19,007 bases of DNA from Oligoflexales bacterium (GTDB lineage Bacteria > Bdellovibrionota_B > Oligoflexia > Oligoflexales > RGVZ01), in the NCBI GenBank assembly GCA_044236265.1, contig JBIIGV010000054.1, positions 1 to 19,007 on the forward strand, written 5' to 3'. Positions 9,236 to 17,149 of this stretch are shown here, one piece after another. The translations under genes were made by a program, and so were the position numbers. The notes under the pieces were generated by a model. The model was not told the DNA's origin. It worked only from the letters and a program-made list of their open reading frames with translations, and did not search any database. Positions within the stretch are counted from its first letter, which is position 1; every line of letters begins with the position of its first letter.

Positions 9236-10603
9236 TCACCCTTTCAACTTCTTGGGATCGATCTCGTAGGACTTCAGTTTACGATGAAGATTACTGCGTT
9301 CAATGTTCAAAGCATCTGCGGTCTTGGAAACATTCCAGTCACACTCTTCAAGTTTACCAAGAATATAGGATCGCTCAAAGTCACTTTTGGCAGTCTTCAA
9401 AGACTGGCCGGTTTTCGATAAATCGAGTTTTTCCGAGTTACCCGAAGTAATCTCATCAGGCAAGTCATCCAAGCCAATCTCAGGTCCCGAGGATAAAATA
9501 ACGAGTCGTTCAAGATTATTTTTCAGCTCGCGAACATTTCCTGGCCAATCATATGCAACCAAGACACGCAACGCGTCCTCCGAAAGTCGAATTGGCGCCC
9601 CCTCAGCCTCAGAAAATAACTTCATAAAGTGGTCGACCAAAAGAGGTATGTCTTGACGGCGCTCCCGCAAAGGACGCACCGTCAGGGGAATAACATTCAA
9701 ACGATAAAAAAGATCCTCCCTAAACGAACCCTGTTTGATCGCCAATGGAAGATCTCTATTGGTCGCCGCAATCACCCGCACATCTACATTCAAGGTTTTG
9801 TTGTCGCCGACACGCTCAAAACTTTTCTCCTGCAGCACTCGTAATACCTTAGCCTGCGTTTTGAGCGACATGTCACCCACTTCATCCAAAAATATTGTAC
9901 CTTGATGCGCGAGTTCAAATCGCCCCTTACGATCTGCTACTGCATTTGTGAACGCACCTTTAACATGACCAAATAATTCAGCTTCAATTAACTCTTCAGG
10001 TATCGCCGCACAATTTATAGCCACAAAAGGTTTATTTGCACGCGGACTTAAATTGTGAATAAGACGCGCAACAACCTCTTTGCCAGCACCGTTTTCGCCG
10101 ACGATCAAAACCGAAGCATTCTTAGGCCCAACAGCAGCAATCTGCTTTCGTAAAGACATAGTATTGGGCGATGTGCCAATTAAATCTTGAACATTAGATT
10201 CTCCCGGACCCTCACCCGCCTTCTCGGCAATAATCCGCGCTTGCCCAAGCAAAGCAAGAATTCGCTGCAGCTCAAGAGGCTTTTCGAGAACCTCAAACGC
10301 TCCCAGACGAGTCGCTTTTACGGCGGTCTCAATGGTCGCGTGCCCACTCATAATGACCACCGGGATATCTGGATTCATGTCTTTTATCTGCTGAAGTACC
10401 GTGATCCCATCCATCTGGGGCATCCAGATATCTAGAAAGACGAGGTCCGGAGGATTCAATTTACATTCAACAAGTCCCCTGGATCCATTCAGTACAGCCG
10501 AAGCCTGCCAACCCTCATCTTCGATGACGCCCACCAGGCTTTCGCCAATGCTTTTTTCGTCGTCAATGATAAGAGCACGCATTTTTTTCGTCTGCGATGT
10601 CAT
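9236..10603 (-). CDS. ntrX: Sigma54-dependent response regulator (REC-AAA+-HTH), NtrX-like
   Basis: REC (IIDDE, FLDIWMPQMDG, MSGH, EKP), Walker A GENGAGKE, ELFGHVKGAFTNA, IFLDEVGDM, FREDLFYRLNV, WPGNVRELKN, Fis-type HTH WNVSKTADALNIERSNLHRKLK. Confidence 0.9.
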   Translation of the reverse strand: MTSQTKKMRALIIDDEKSIGESLVGVIEDEGWQASAVLNGSRGLVECKLNPPDLVFLDIWMPQMDGITVLQQIKDMNPDIPVVIMSGHATIETAVKATRLGAFEVLEKPLELQRILALLGQARIIAEKAGEGPGESNVQDLIGTSPNTMSLRKQIAAVGPKNASVLIVGENGAGKEVVARLIHNLSPRANKPFVAINCAAIPEELIEAELFGHVKGAFTNAVADRKGRFELAHQGTIFLDEVGDMSLKTQAKVLRVLQEKSFERVGDNKTLNVDVRVIAATNRDLPLAIKQGSFREDLFYRLNVIPLTVRPLRERRQDIPLLVDHFMKLFSEAEGAPIRLSEDALRVLVAYDWPGNVRELKNNLERLVILSSGPEIGLDDLPDEITSGNSEKLDLSKTGQSLKTAKSDFERSYILGKLEECDWNVSKTADALNIERSNLHRKLKSYEIDPKKLKG

Positions 10604-12840
10604 GCTTTTGCTTTCCCCCGCACCGGTAATTCAATCCTAAACAATGTCCCATTTGCGTCACTTTTGACAAGCCTAACGTAGCCGCCATGGTCACTAACAA
10701 TTTGACTGACCATAGCTAAGCCCAGGCCGGTGCCGCCCTCTTTTGTTGAAACGTACGGCTCAAAAATCCGGTCTCGGATTTCCTCAGGAACTCCGGAACC
10801 GTTGTCGCCAATCTCCAATACCTGGGCAGCAATACTCTCATCAAATATTGTTGAAATCGAGATCAACCCCGGGCGCTGATTGATGAGCACGGCATCAACA
10901 GCATTCGTCAGCAAATTGACGACCACGCGATTAAACTGATCCGGATCAAGGTCAACGTCCCGCAAATCGGCATAGGACTCCGAAAAGGAAACCTGGGGAT
11001 AGCCGTGCCGGAAAACATCCAAAGCTGACTGGACGATGCTATTAAGCGAAGACGGGCGAGGCTGGATGGCTGGCAGTCTGGAAAACTTACTAAATTCGTT
11101 CACCAAGCCCCTTAATGTATCGACCTGGACCAGAATTGACTCAACACACTTTTTAAACACATCCTGATCATCACCCTCAAAACGATCGGAGAATCGTCTC
11201 AACAGCCTTTCCGCCGACAATCGAATAGGGGTTATAGGATTTTTGATTTCATGAGCGATGCGCTTCGCAACCTCACGCCAAGCCGTTGCGCGTTGAATAC
11301 GAATTCTGTCCGTAGCGTCGTCAATGACCATAACAGTCCCTTGAAAGTCGCCGCCAGGTGTTTCGATATGACTCGCAGCAACAAAAATAGTTGCATCCAA
11401 TCCAAAGTCGCGAAGGTCAACTTCACGGGCAGACGGCTTTTCGATATCTGAGATTCCATCCCATAAGCGCTCGTAAAGCTGTAAACCTAAGACCTCAACA
11501 ATTTTGCGACCAACAGGTTGAACTATCTGAAGGCCAAGCATACTCATCGCCGAGTCATTGAACGCCGTTACAACTCCCTTGGCATCCACTGCAATGACGC
11601 CAGATACAATATTTTCGAACACGACTTCCATGTATCTGCGACGCCGATCAAGCTCGCGGTTTGAATCTTCCAGTCGCGCCTGCGCAGTTTCTACGTCACT
11701 TTTATGACGCGACAAGTCCATGGTCATGGAATTGAAGGCCTCTGTCAGCTGCCCCGTCTCGTCCTCTGTGAAGTTCTTAAGGTTAATTGTGTAGTTACCC
11801 AAGGCAACTTCCTTAGTTGCCTCCGCCAGTACTTGCAAAGGACCCGTAATACCTCGCGCCACGTAAAACCCAAACCACACAGCTGCAAAGACGATCAATA
11901 AGGTCATAACAGTAACGAGAATTAGGTAACTGACCCTAACCAACTGGGCACCAGGCTTTAAAGCTGACAATCCGTCCAGAATAGTTTGAATATTTGCCAA
12001 CACGGGCACATCAAATCTCTCCTCAATGGTGATCATCGCCCGGAGATGGCCGCGATCGTTACGAACAGGAACAGCGGCGCGGATGACGTCTTTGCCATTT
12101 TCAACTGAAACAGTCGAGGCACTGACAAGGTACGGCTTCGTGCCAAACCGAGAAATCATCTCCGTGAGCATAGCTCTCGCGTCGGCTGTTTCATCACGCT
12201 GGCCAGAAAGAACCGAGTCTCGATTCAACATCCGTCCAGATGAATCGTATATTCGAAGAGACTGGATACCGTGCTCCAGTTCAAAGCCAGACAATTCGTA
12301 TGCCACCGGATGACCGGGCATCATCTCCTCATTTATCGAGAGATTTGCTTTTACGCGTGACGCCGCCAGTTTTGCAACACTCTCAAGTCTTCGCTGATCC
12401 TGAAGATAGATTTGCGCCCCAGCATCACGGGTTTGCTGCGTTGTCTCTTTAACCCGGCCGCCAAACCACTCATCGAAGCTTTTGGTGATAAACCTCGTGC
12501 TTACATAAAAAACCAGAACCGTCGGCACAAGGGAAAAAACTATAAATACACCGACAAGCTTAGTCCTTAAACGACTCCCGAAAACTCCGCGCCGCCGATC
12601 AACTAACAGCTTGGCAATATTACGAATCACCAGAAGACTGAGAAGAATAGCCAGAAAAATATTTAAATTGATAATTCCATAATACAGAATCGAAGCCAGC
12701 ATCGAAAAATCGCGGGCAATCGTCTCACTCAGGTTATATAAACGCGTCTCAAGTCTGCTAATTGCAATTAAAGCCGACGTAATAGCCAGGATCCCGAAAA
12801 TCTCAAGCATCCGCCTTCTATCAACGAATGGGTATTTCAT
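10600..12840 (-). CDS. ntrY: Membrane sensor histidine kinase (TM-periplasmic-HAMP-PAS-HisKA-HATPase), NtrY-like
   Basis: N-terminal TMs with GSRLRTKLV and SFDEWF, HAMP DETGQLTEAFNSMT, AWREVAKRIAHEIKNPITPIRLSAERL, NLLTNA, DNGSG, FEPYVSTKEGGTGLGL. Confidence 0.9.
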   Translation of the reverse strand: MKYPFVDRRRMLEIFGILAITSALIAISRLETRLYNLSETIARDFSMLASILYYGIINLNIFLAILLSLLVIRNIAKLLVDRRRGVFGSRLRTKLVGVFIVFSLVPTVLVFYVSTRFITKSFDEWFGGRVKETTQQTRDAGAQIYLQDQRRLESVAKLAASRVKANLSINEEMMPGHPVAYELSGFELEHGIQSLRIYDSSGRMLNRDSVLSGQRDETADARAMLTEMISRFGTKPYLVSASTVSVENGKDVIRAAVPVRNDRGHLRAMITIEERFDVPVLANIQTILDGLSALKPGAQLVRVSYLILVTVMTLLIVFAAVWFGFYVARGITGPLQVLAEATKEVALGNYTINLKNFTEDETGQLTEAFNSMTMDLSRHKSDVETAQARLEDSNRELDRRRRYMEVVFENIVSGVIAVDAKGVVTAFNDSAMSMLGLQIVQPVGRKIVEVLGLQLYERLWDGISDIEKPSAREVDLRDFGLDATIFVAASHIETPGGDFQGTVMVIDDATDRIRIQRATAWREVAKRIAHEIKNPITPIRLSAERLLRRFSDRFEGDDQDVFKKCVESILVQVDTLRGLVNEFSKFSRLPAIQPRPSSLNSIVQSALDVFRHGYPQVSFSESYADLRDVDLDPDQFNRVVVNLLTNAVDAVLINQRPGLISISTIFDESIAAQVLEIGDNGSGVPEEIRDRIFEPYVSTKEGGTGLGLAMVSQIVSDHGGYVRLVKSDANGTLFRIELPVRGKAKA

Positions 12841-13541
12841 GACCCCTTCCAGTCAATGGGAATCCTCGCAAAAATTTTACTTCCTCTGGAAAATCTTATT
12901 TCCTTACGAGGGGTGCCGTCTGCTCTGCTTTTCGTGACGAGGTCATGCTTAATATTTTCATTACCCCTAACATTGGTTCCAATCTCTAAAACCTTGATTT
13001 GGTCAGCTGGAGCGAGACTCAGACGCTGTTTATCTGCCAAACGGATCTTCTTGCCGTTGATTTCAACATCAAAAAAAAGCAACTGAGGATCAACAATGAA
13101 CATGGGTATTTCCACTGTTTGAGCGTTGTTTCCGCGAATTTTTATGCGGTGCACACGGGTACCGTCCTTGGAGCGCACACCGCCGTTGATCACTTCAGCA
13201 CTATCGATCAGCTTTCCTTGATCACTGTTTGCGCTCGGCTTCAGATCCTCATATCCAATTAGATCGATCGTAAAACCCTGGTCTGGCGAGGCGGCAACTG
13301 CACCAACTAATACAAACAGGTCACCATCGACCATGGTCAATTGATCTTTGGGTGCAACTTGGCGTCGCTCACCGTTGACATCAACAATTAGCGCTTGAAC
13401 TGTGGCCAAAGACTTTTTCGAGGCGTGGGAAGGAGATGCTTGTACCCCCCCGGCGAAGCATGTACATGCAAAAGCAGACAGAATGATTAGATTTGATAGA
13501 AAGATTGGTACCATATACTGCGTGCCAACACTGAAAAACAT
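12837..13541 (-). CDS. Exported hypothetical protein with an internal beta-rich repeat
   Basis: Hydrophobic signal-like N-terminus; stop overlaps the kinase ATG (ATGA). Start uncertain: ATG 13541 (G-rich SD-like tract) or 13514; the 13610 start would overlap the predicted promoter. Confidence 0.75.
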   Translation of the reverse strand: MFFSVGTQYMVPIFLSNLIILSAFACTCFAGGVQASPSHASKKSLATVQALIVDVNGERRQVAPKDQLTMVDGDLFVLVGAVAASPDQGFTIDLIGYEDLKPSANSDQGKLIDSAEVINGGVRSKDGTRVHRIKIRGNNAQTVEIPMFIVDPQLLFFDVEINGKKIRLADKQRLSLAPADQIKVLEIGTNVRGNENIKHDLVTKSRADGTPRKEIRFSRGSKIFARIPIDWKGS

Positions 13542-13589
13542 GTTCCCACAGCCCCCTACAGGATGGTAACTTAGACATAGTCGAAGCTC

Positions 13590-13600
13590 ATAGTACCACA
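13590..13600 (-). promoter_or_regulatory. Putative extended -10 promoter for the hypothetical-ntrY-ntrX operon
   Basis: Minus strand TGTG-G-TACTAT matches TRTGnTATAAT. Confidence 0.5.
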
Positions 13601-13629
13601 TTAATTTCAAAGTTTGCAGAAACCTTAAG

Positions 13630-14550
13630 ATGCTAACCGTTGACTCTCATAAAATATCAGGATTCCGAGACGCCATGGCGCAGCGGGGCAAACAGTCCGC
13701 GACCATCGACAGCTACACGCGCGATATGGCAAACTTCCTTAAATTTACTGAAGAATTCAACATCAACAGCGGTGACATCGGTCTGAGGACCTTAGAGGAA
13801 TTCAAAAATTGGCAACTCGATCGCGGCTCAAAACACAGTAGCATTCGTAGATCTGTGATTGCAGTGCGTATGTTCTTTCGATGGTTAGAGGAAACAGGTG
13901 ACTTGCATCAAAACCCTCTTGACCAGGCACCAGTCCCGGCGCATGAGTATCACTCTGCCCGCACGATTGCCCCCGAAAAACTCAGATTAATGATTGAGAT
14001 AGCCCGAACAGGGGAAAGTCAGCTGAAAGCCTCGCGAGATGTCGCCCTCATTTTGCTGATAGCACACGAGGGCTTGAAGGCATCCGAAATTGTCTCTCTG
14101 ACCTGGCAGAACTTTTTCTCGGCTGGTGAGGCTGCTCGTCTCACCATCTCTGGTGACCGCGCCCGAACCATAGGACTCGAGTCAGCAACGACAGAAGCTA
14201 TGCGCATCTATCGCGAGGCGCTGAAAAATGACAACCGCACCAGGACCATCTTGCAGACGTCCAGTCCTTTATTTATGTCATTCAAGGGTGCAGATGCCAG
14301 AACTGTTCAGCTTGGAATCACAAGGCATGGACTCAAATTTGCAATTTACGAGTTAGGGCAGGCGGCGGACATTCCTCAATTGAATGCCGAGCAACTAAGG
14401 CACTTTGCGATGTCGCACAAGTTGGACTTGGGATTTACACCTGATATGGTCATGTCCCACTTGGGACTTCGTCGAATTGGAAATATCGGCAAACACGTCC
14501 AAGGCGCGCCGGTTCGCCCGGGTCAAAAGGTCGTAGAGCCTCAGCTATAG
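13630..14550 (+). CDS. XerC/XerD-like tyrosine recombinase-fold protein with degenerate active site
   Basis: Core-binding domain (SATIDSYTRD, SSIRRSVIAVRMFFRWL, NPL) and catalytic-fold boxes (RDVALILLIAHEGLKASEIVSL; EQLRH; HLGL...GKH) are colinear with XerD, but catalytic residues are substituted. 306 aa, intact. Confidence 0.85.
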   Translation: MLTVDSHKISGFRDAMAQRGKQSATIDSYTRDMANFLKFTEEFNINSGDIGLRTLEEFKNWQLDRGSKHSSIRRSVIAVRMFFRWLEETGDLHQNPLDQAPVPAHEYHSARTIAPEKLRLMIEIARTGESQLKASRDVALILLIAHEGLKASEIVSLTWQNFFSAGEAARLTISGDRARTIGLESATTEAMRIYREALKNDNRTRTILQTSSPLFMSFKGADARTVQLGITRHGLKFAIYELGQAADIPQLNAEQLRHFAMSHKLDLGFTPDMVMSHLGLRRIGNIGKHVQGAPVRPGQKVVEPQL

Positions 14551-14575
14551 TTTTACATACGGAGATAGCGAAAGC

Positions 14576-15478
14576 ATGACATACCTGCTTCAACGCCTCT
14601 TGATTGGTTACGCTTGCCTGGCCGTCCTCAAAACCATCATATCCTGCAAAACTATCAATCAGAATACAGCACAAGTAAAAGTCATTGGTGGAACAGAAAT
14701 CTCCGAAGATCAAAGGCCATCCGTTAGAAAATTAAAGATCTTTGAACGAGAGCCTAATGGCATCTACACTCAGCGTTCTGACTGCACGATGACCTTCATC
14801 AAACCGAACCTCGCATTGACAGCTGGACACTGCCTTTGCAAAGGAGACCGTTTCGTCTATGCCGAAAAGGAGCGTTGGGAGGATTTCATCGTCACGAGCC
14901 ATGTGATTCACCCACTTTATAGGTGTGACAAAAAAATCCCGAACGCTTTCGACATCGGTCTCATATGGTTTGAGGACAAAGTTAATATGCCGACAAGCGA
15001 GATTAGTTCAGCCACTTCAAATGAAAGTGTGGAGGAAATGGCCCTCGTTGGTTACGGCAAAACGATCCTGAAAATAACTGGCAAGTTCTGGCTCGGAAGT
15101 CGAACTCCAGTGACCGACTCTGTGCGTCCCTCCGATCGGCACAACGGAAAAGAATTTGACGGCAAACACGAGGGACTTGTTACTTGGAGGGGCGATCGCC
15201 CGAGAGATCCCGGCTTCATCAAGATATCGGCCATCTACGATGTCAAAACACCAATCACAGAACCAATGACCGAGGTTGCTAGCGCCGAAGGAGACAGTGG
15301 AGGTCCAGCTTTTTCACTTTACAGCAATCAGATCATCGGAATTATCTCGAGGGGTAGCATGTCCTTTTCCGGAATAGGTTCCGATAAAGTCCAGGTCGTG
15401 ACTGAGCTCATTGACTTGAGGCGCAACGAAATTCAGGACTTCCTGAGAGTTTATGGCATCGAATCGATGCGACAATGA
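14576..15478 (+). CDS. Chymotrypsin-family (S1) serine protease, probable lipoprotein
   Basis: LTAGHC (His), FDIGLI (Asp), GDSGGP (Ser); signal peptide ending IISC; KVIGG mature-start motif. Confidence 0.9.
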   Translation: MTYLLQRLLIGYACLAVLKTIISCKTINQNTAQVKVIGGTEISEDQRPSVRKLKIFEREPNGIYTQRSDCTMTFIKPNLALTAGHCLCKGDRFVYAEKERWEDFIVTSHVIHPLYRCDKKIPNAFDIGLIWFEDKVNMPTSEISSATSNESVEEMALVGYGKTILKITGKFWLGSRTPVTDSVRPSDRHNGKEFDGKHEGLVTWRGDRPRDPGFIKISAIYDVKTPITEPMTEVASAEGDSGGPAFSLYSNQIIGIISRGSMSFSGIGSDKVQVVTELIDLRRNEIQDFLRVYGIESMRQ

Positions 15479-15527
15479 CTAAGGACTATTTTTTCGGTCA
15501 AATTTTTTATCAATTTGGACCTCTATG

Positions 15528-15559
15528 AAAAAGCCCCGGGCATTTTGGCCCCGGGGCTT
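15528..15559 (-). terminator. Rho-independent terminator between convergent genes (oriented for the minus-strand gene)
   Basis: Minus strand AAGCCCCGGG...CCCGGGGCUUUUU. Confidence 0.8.
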
Positions 15560-15583
15560 GCGCGTCCTAATATCTGACAGTTT

Positions 15584-16897
15584 TTAGAATCCCAAGACTC
15601 TCTTCGTCCAAACTTGTCCCATCCACTCACGAATAACTTCTCGATTTTTTGCAGCTTCAGGAGAAGAGACAAAATGATTCAACAATTTTACGGCGTCGCA
15701 ATCAATTCTACGGTCTCCGGCACCTAGCTTAATGTACTTAACACTTTCCTCAGCCAAAAGAGCGTAGGCTGCTTTAAATTGCATGTTAGTTAGATACGCA
15801 GGTTCCTTGACCTTCAGCGCAGCAACAACTGAGGAACCAAAGTGCAGAAACTCAGCCGCTCCGTCTCCGATACAGATCTCGTTACCAATAGCGCTTCCTT
15901 TTCCTGCTTTGATCATTTCAATTGCCACGCGAAGATCTGCACGATAACCGCTCCACTCATCAAAAATGTAGAGCGCCTCATTAGACCAGTAGTTATCAAT
16001 CTGCTTCACCATGTAGGTTTCGTAACGGCTAACCTTTTTCAACTCTGCTGGTACGTAAGCCCGAGCCTCGCTTGGCTTCATGGCTGGCTCCAAAATTAAA
16101 CCAGCTTTGCCATTGCCCACATAAATAACATTGTCTTTTACACCTCTGGTCGCCTCACGAACTGCATTGTTCAAGAAGTGCTGAGTTTCATGCGCGTTGG
16201 TAGTAGCGCCTTGGTTTTCAAGTTTCCGCTGAGAATGGCTCATGATGTCACGATAGAAGGGACTACCAAGATCATCTCCGCTCCAACCGACGTTAGCGAC
16301 ATTGACGACTTTTAAAACAGACTGCCAGCTAAAATCTCCAGCCTGTTCGCCGATATCAACGCCGATATCAACATCTGAATACTCCGGAGATGAAACTTCA
16401 ATTTGCTGACCTTCAATCTTGAGGTCCGATTTGCCCTCAGCAGTCACATAAAGCAAAGCACTGATTTTGATTTTGTCAAACTTGGTTTGAGCGGCAGAGA
16501 TTTCTGTGCGCTTGCCGTCTTGATCATTGGTCAAATAAATTTTCTCTAACTTTGAGCCTTCTTTATCAGATTTTCCGAGAGACATCGTCAACGTGTAGGC
16601 GCATCCTCGAACGAGCTTTTCGTCAGATAACTTGCCGGACGAAATATCAATTTTTTGGGCGACTTTCATGATCGACTTGCCAACGACACCGTCGTCACAG
16701 GCACCTGGAACGATCGCGAGGTTATAAGCATCCAGCCGTCCGTCCGCTACATACGGCTTTATTTGATCCGGAATAAGCATGGTAATCGAAGACATATTGG
16801 ATCGATTAGGGTTTTGCATGCTGTCATTCGAGTGAATCGAACACGATATGAAGCCCATCCCTAAACACATCAAAACCAGGTTCTTTGTCGATACCAT
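15584..16897 (-). CDS. Lipoprotein with HEXXH motif, putative zinc metallopeptidase
   Basis: Start corrected to ATG 16897 (SD GGAGG 6 nt upstream); lipobox GFISC; HETQH at 16178-16192 and downstream YIFDEW. Confidence 0.7.
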   Translation of the reverse strand: MVSTKNLVLMCLGMGFISCSIHSNDSMQNPNRSNMSSITMLIPDQIKPYVADGRLDAYNLAIVPGACDDGVVGKSIMKVAQKIDISSGKLSDEKLVRGCAYTLTMSLGKSDKEGSKLEKIYLTNDQDGKRTEISAAQTKFDKIKISALLYVTAEGKSDLKIEGQQIEVSSPEYSDVDIGVDIGEQAGDFSWQSVLKVVNVANVGWSGDDLGSPFYRDIMSHSQRKLENQGATTNAHETQHFLNNAVREATRGVKDNVIYVGNGKAGLILEPAMKPSEARAYVPAELKKVSRYETYMVKQIDNYWSNEALYIFDEWSGYRADLRVAIEMIKAGKGSAIGNEICIGDGAAEFLHFGSSVVAALKVKEPAYLTNMQFKAAYALLAEESVKYIKLGAGDRRIDCDAVKLLNHFVSSPEAAKNREVIREWMGQVWTKRVLGF

Positions 16898-16965
16898 CTG
16901 CTGCCTCCAGTGAGAAATTCGGGAAATGGCGCTTGCTCCTAGCGCAATGAACCGAAAGACCCGGG

Positions 16966-16982
16966 TGCAACTTTCTAGCCAA
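16966..16982 (-). promoter_or_regulatory. Candidate sigma54 (-24/-12) promoter
   Basis: TTGGCTAGAAAGTTGCA: GG-N10-GC spacing with TGGC and TTGCA matching the consensus, about 70 nt upstream of the lipoprotein start. Confidence 0.5.
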
Positions 16983-17149
16983 ACCCACCTAGCTTTATTA
17001 TCCATAGATTACGGTGGTTTACGCTCGCGAGTATGACTTCAAGGTGTCGAGACCTTAAGCAAGCGTAAAGCAATTAGACAGCTACAAGAATCGAGACAGG
17101 TGTCGATATCGATAGTTTGAGGAGATATTCAAATAACGCAGGCGGGAAA

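Noticed and set aside
13445..13451. C7 tract (and A8 at 13071-13078) as a phase-variation site
   Set aside because: Tracts are short and the frame is intact; no evidence of slippage.
13630..14550. Annotation as active xerC/xerD or prophage integrase
   Set aside because: Catalytic residues are missing, and no att or dif site or phage genes are visible.
16898..17005. 36-aa N-terminal extension of the lipoprotein, and a possible riboswitch in this leader
   Set aside because: A strong SD and signal peptide begin at 16897; the small hairpins match no riboswitch consensus I can support.
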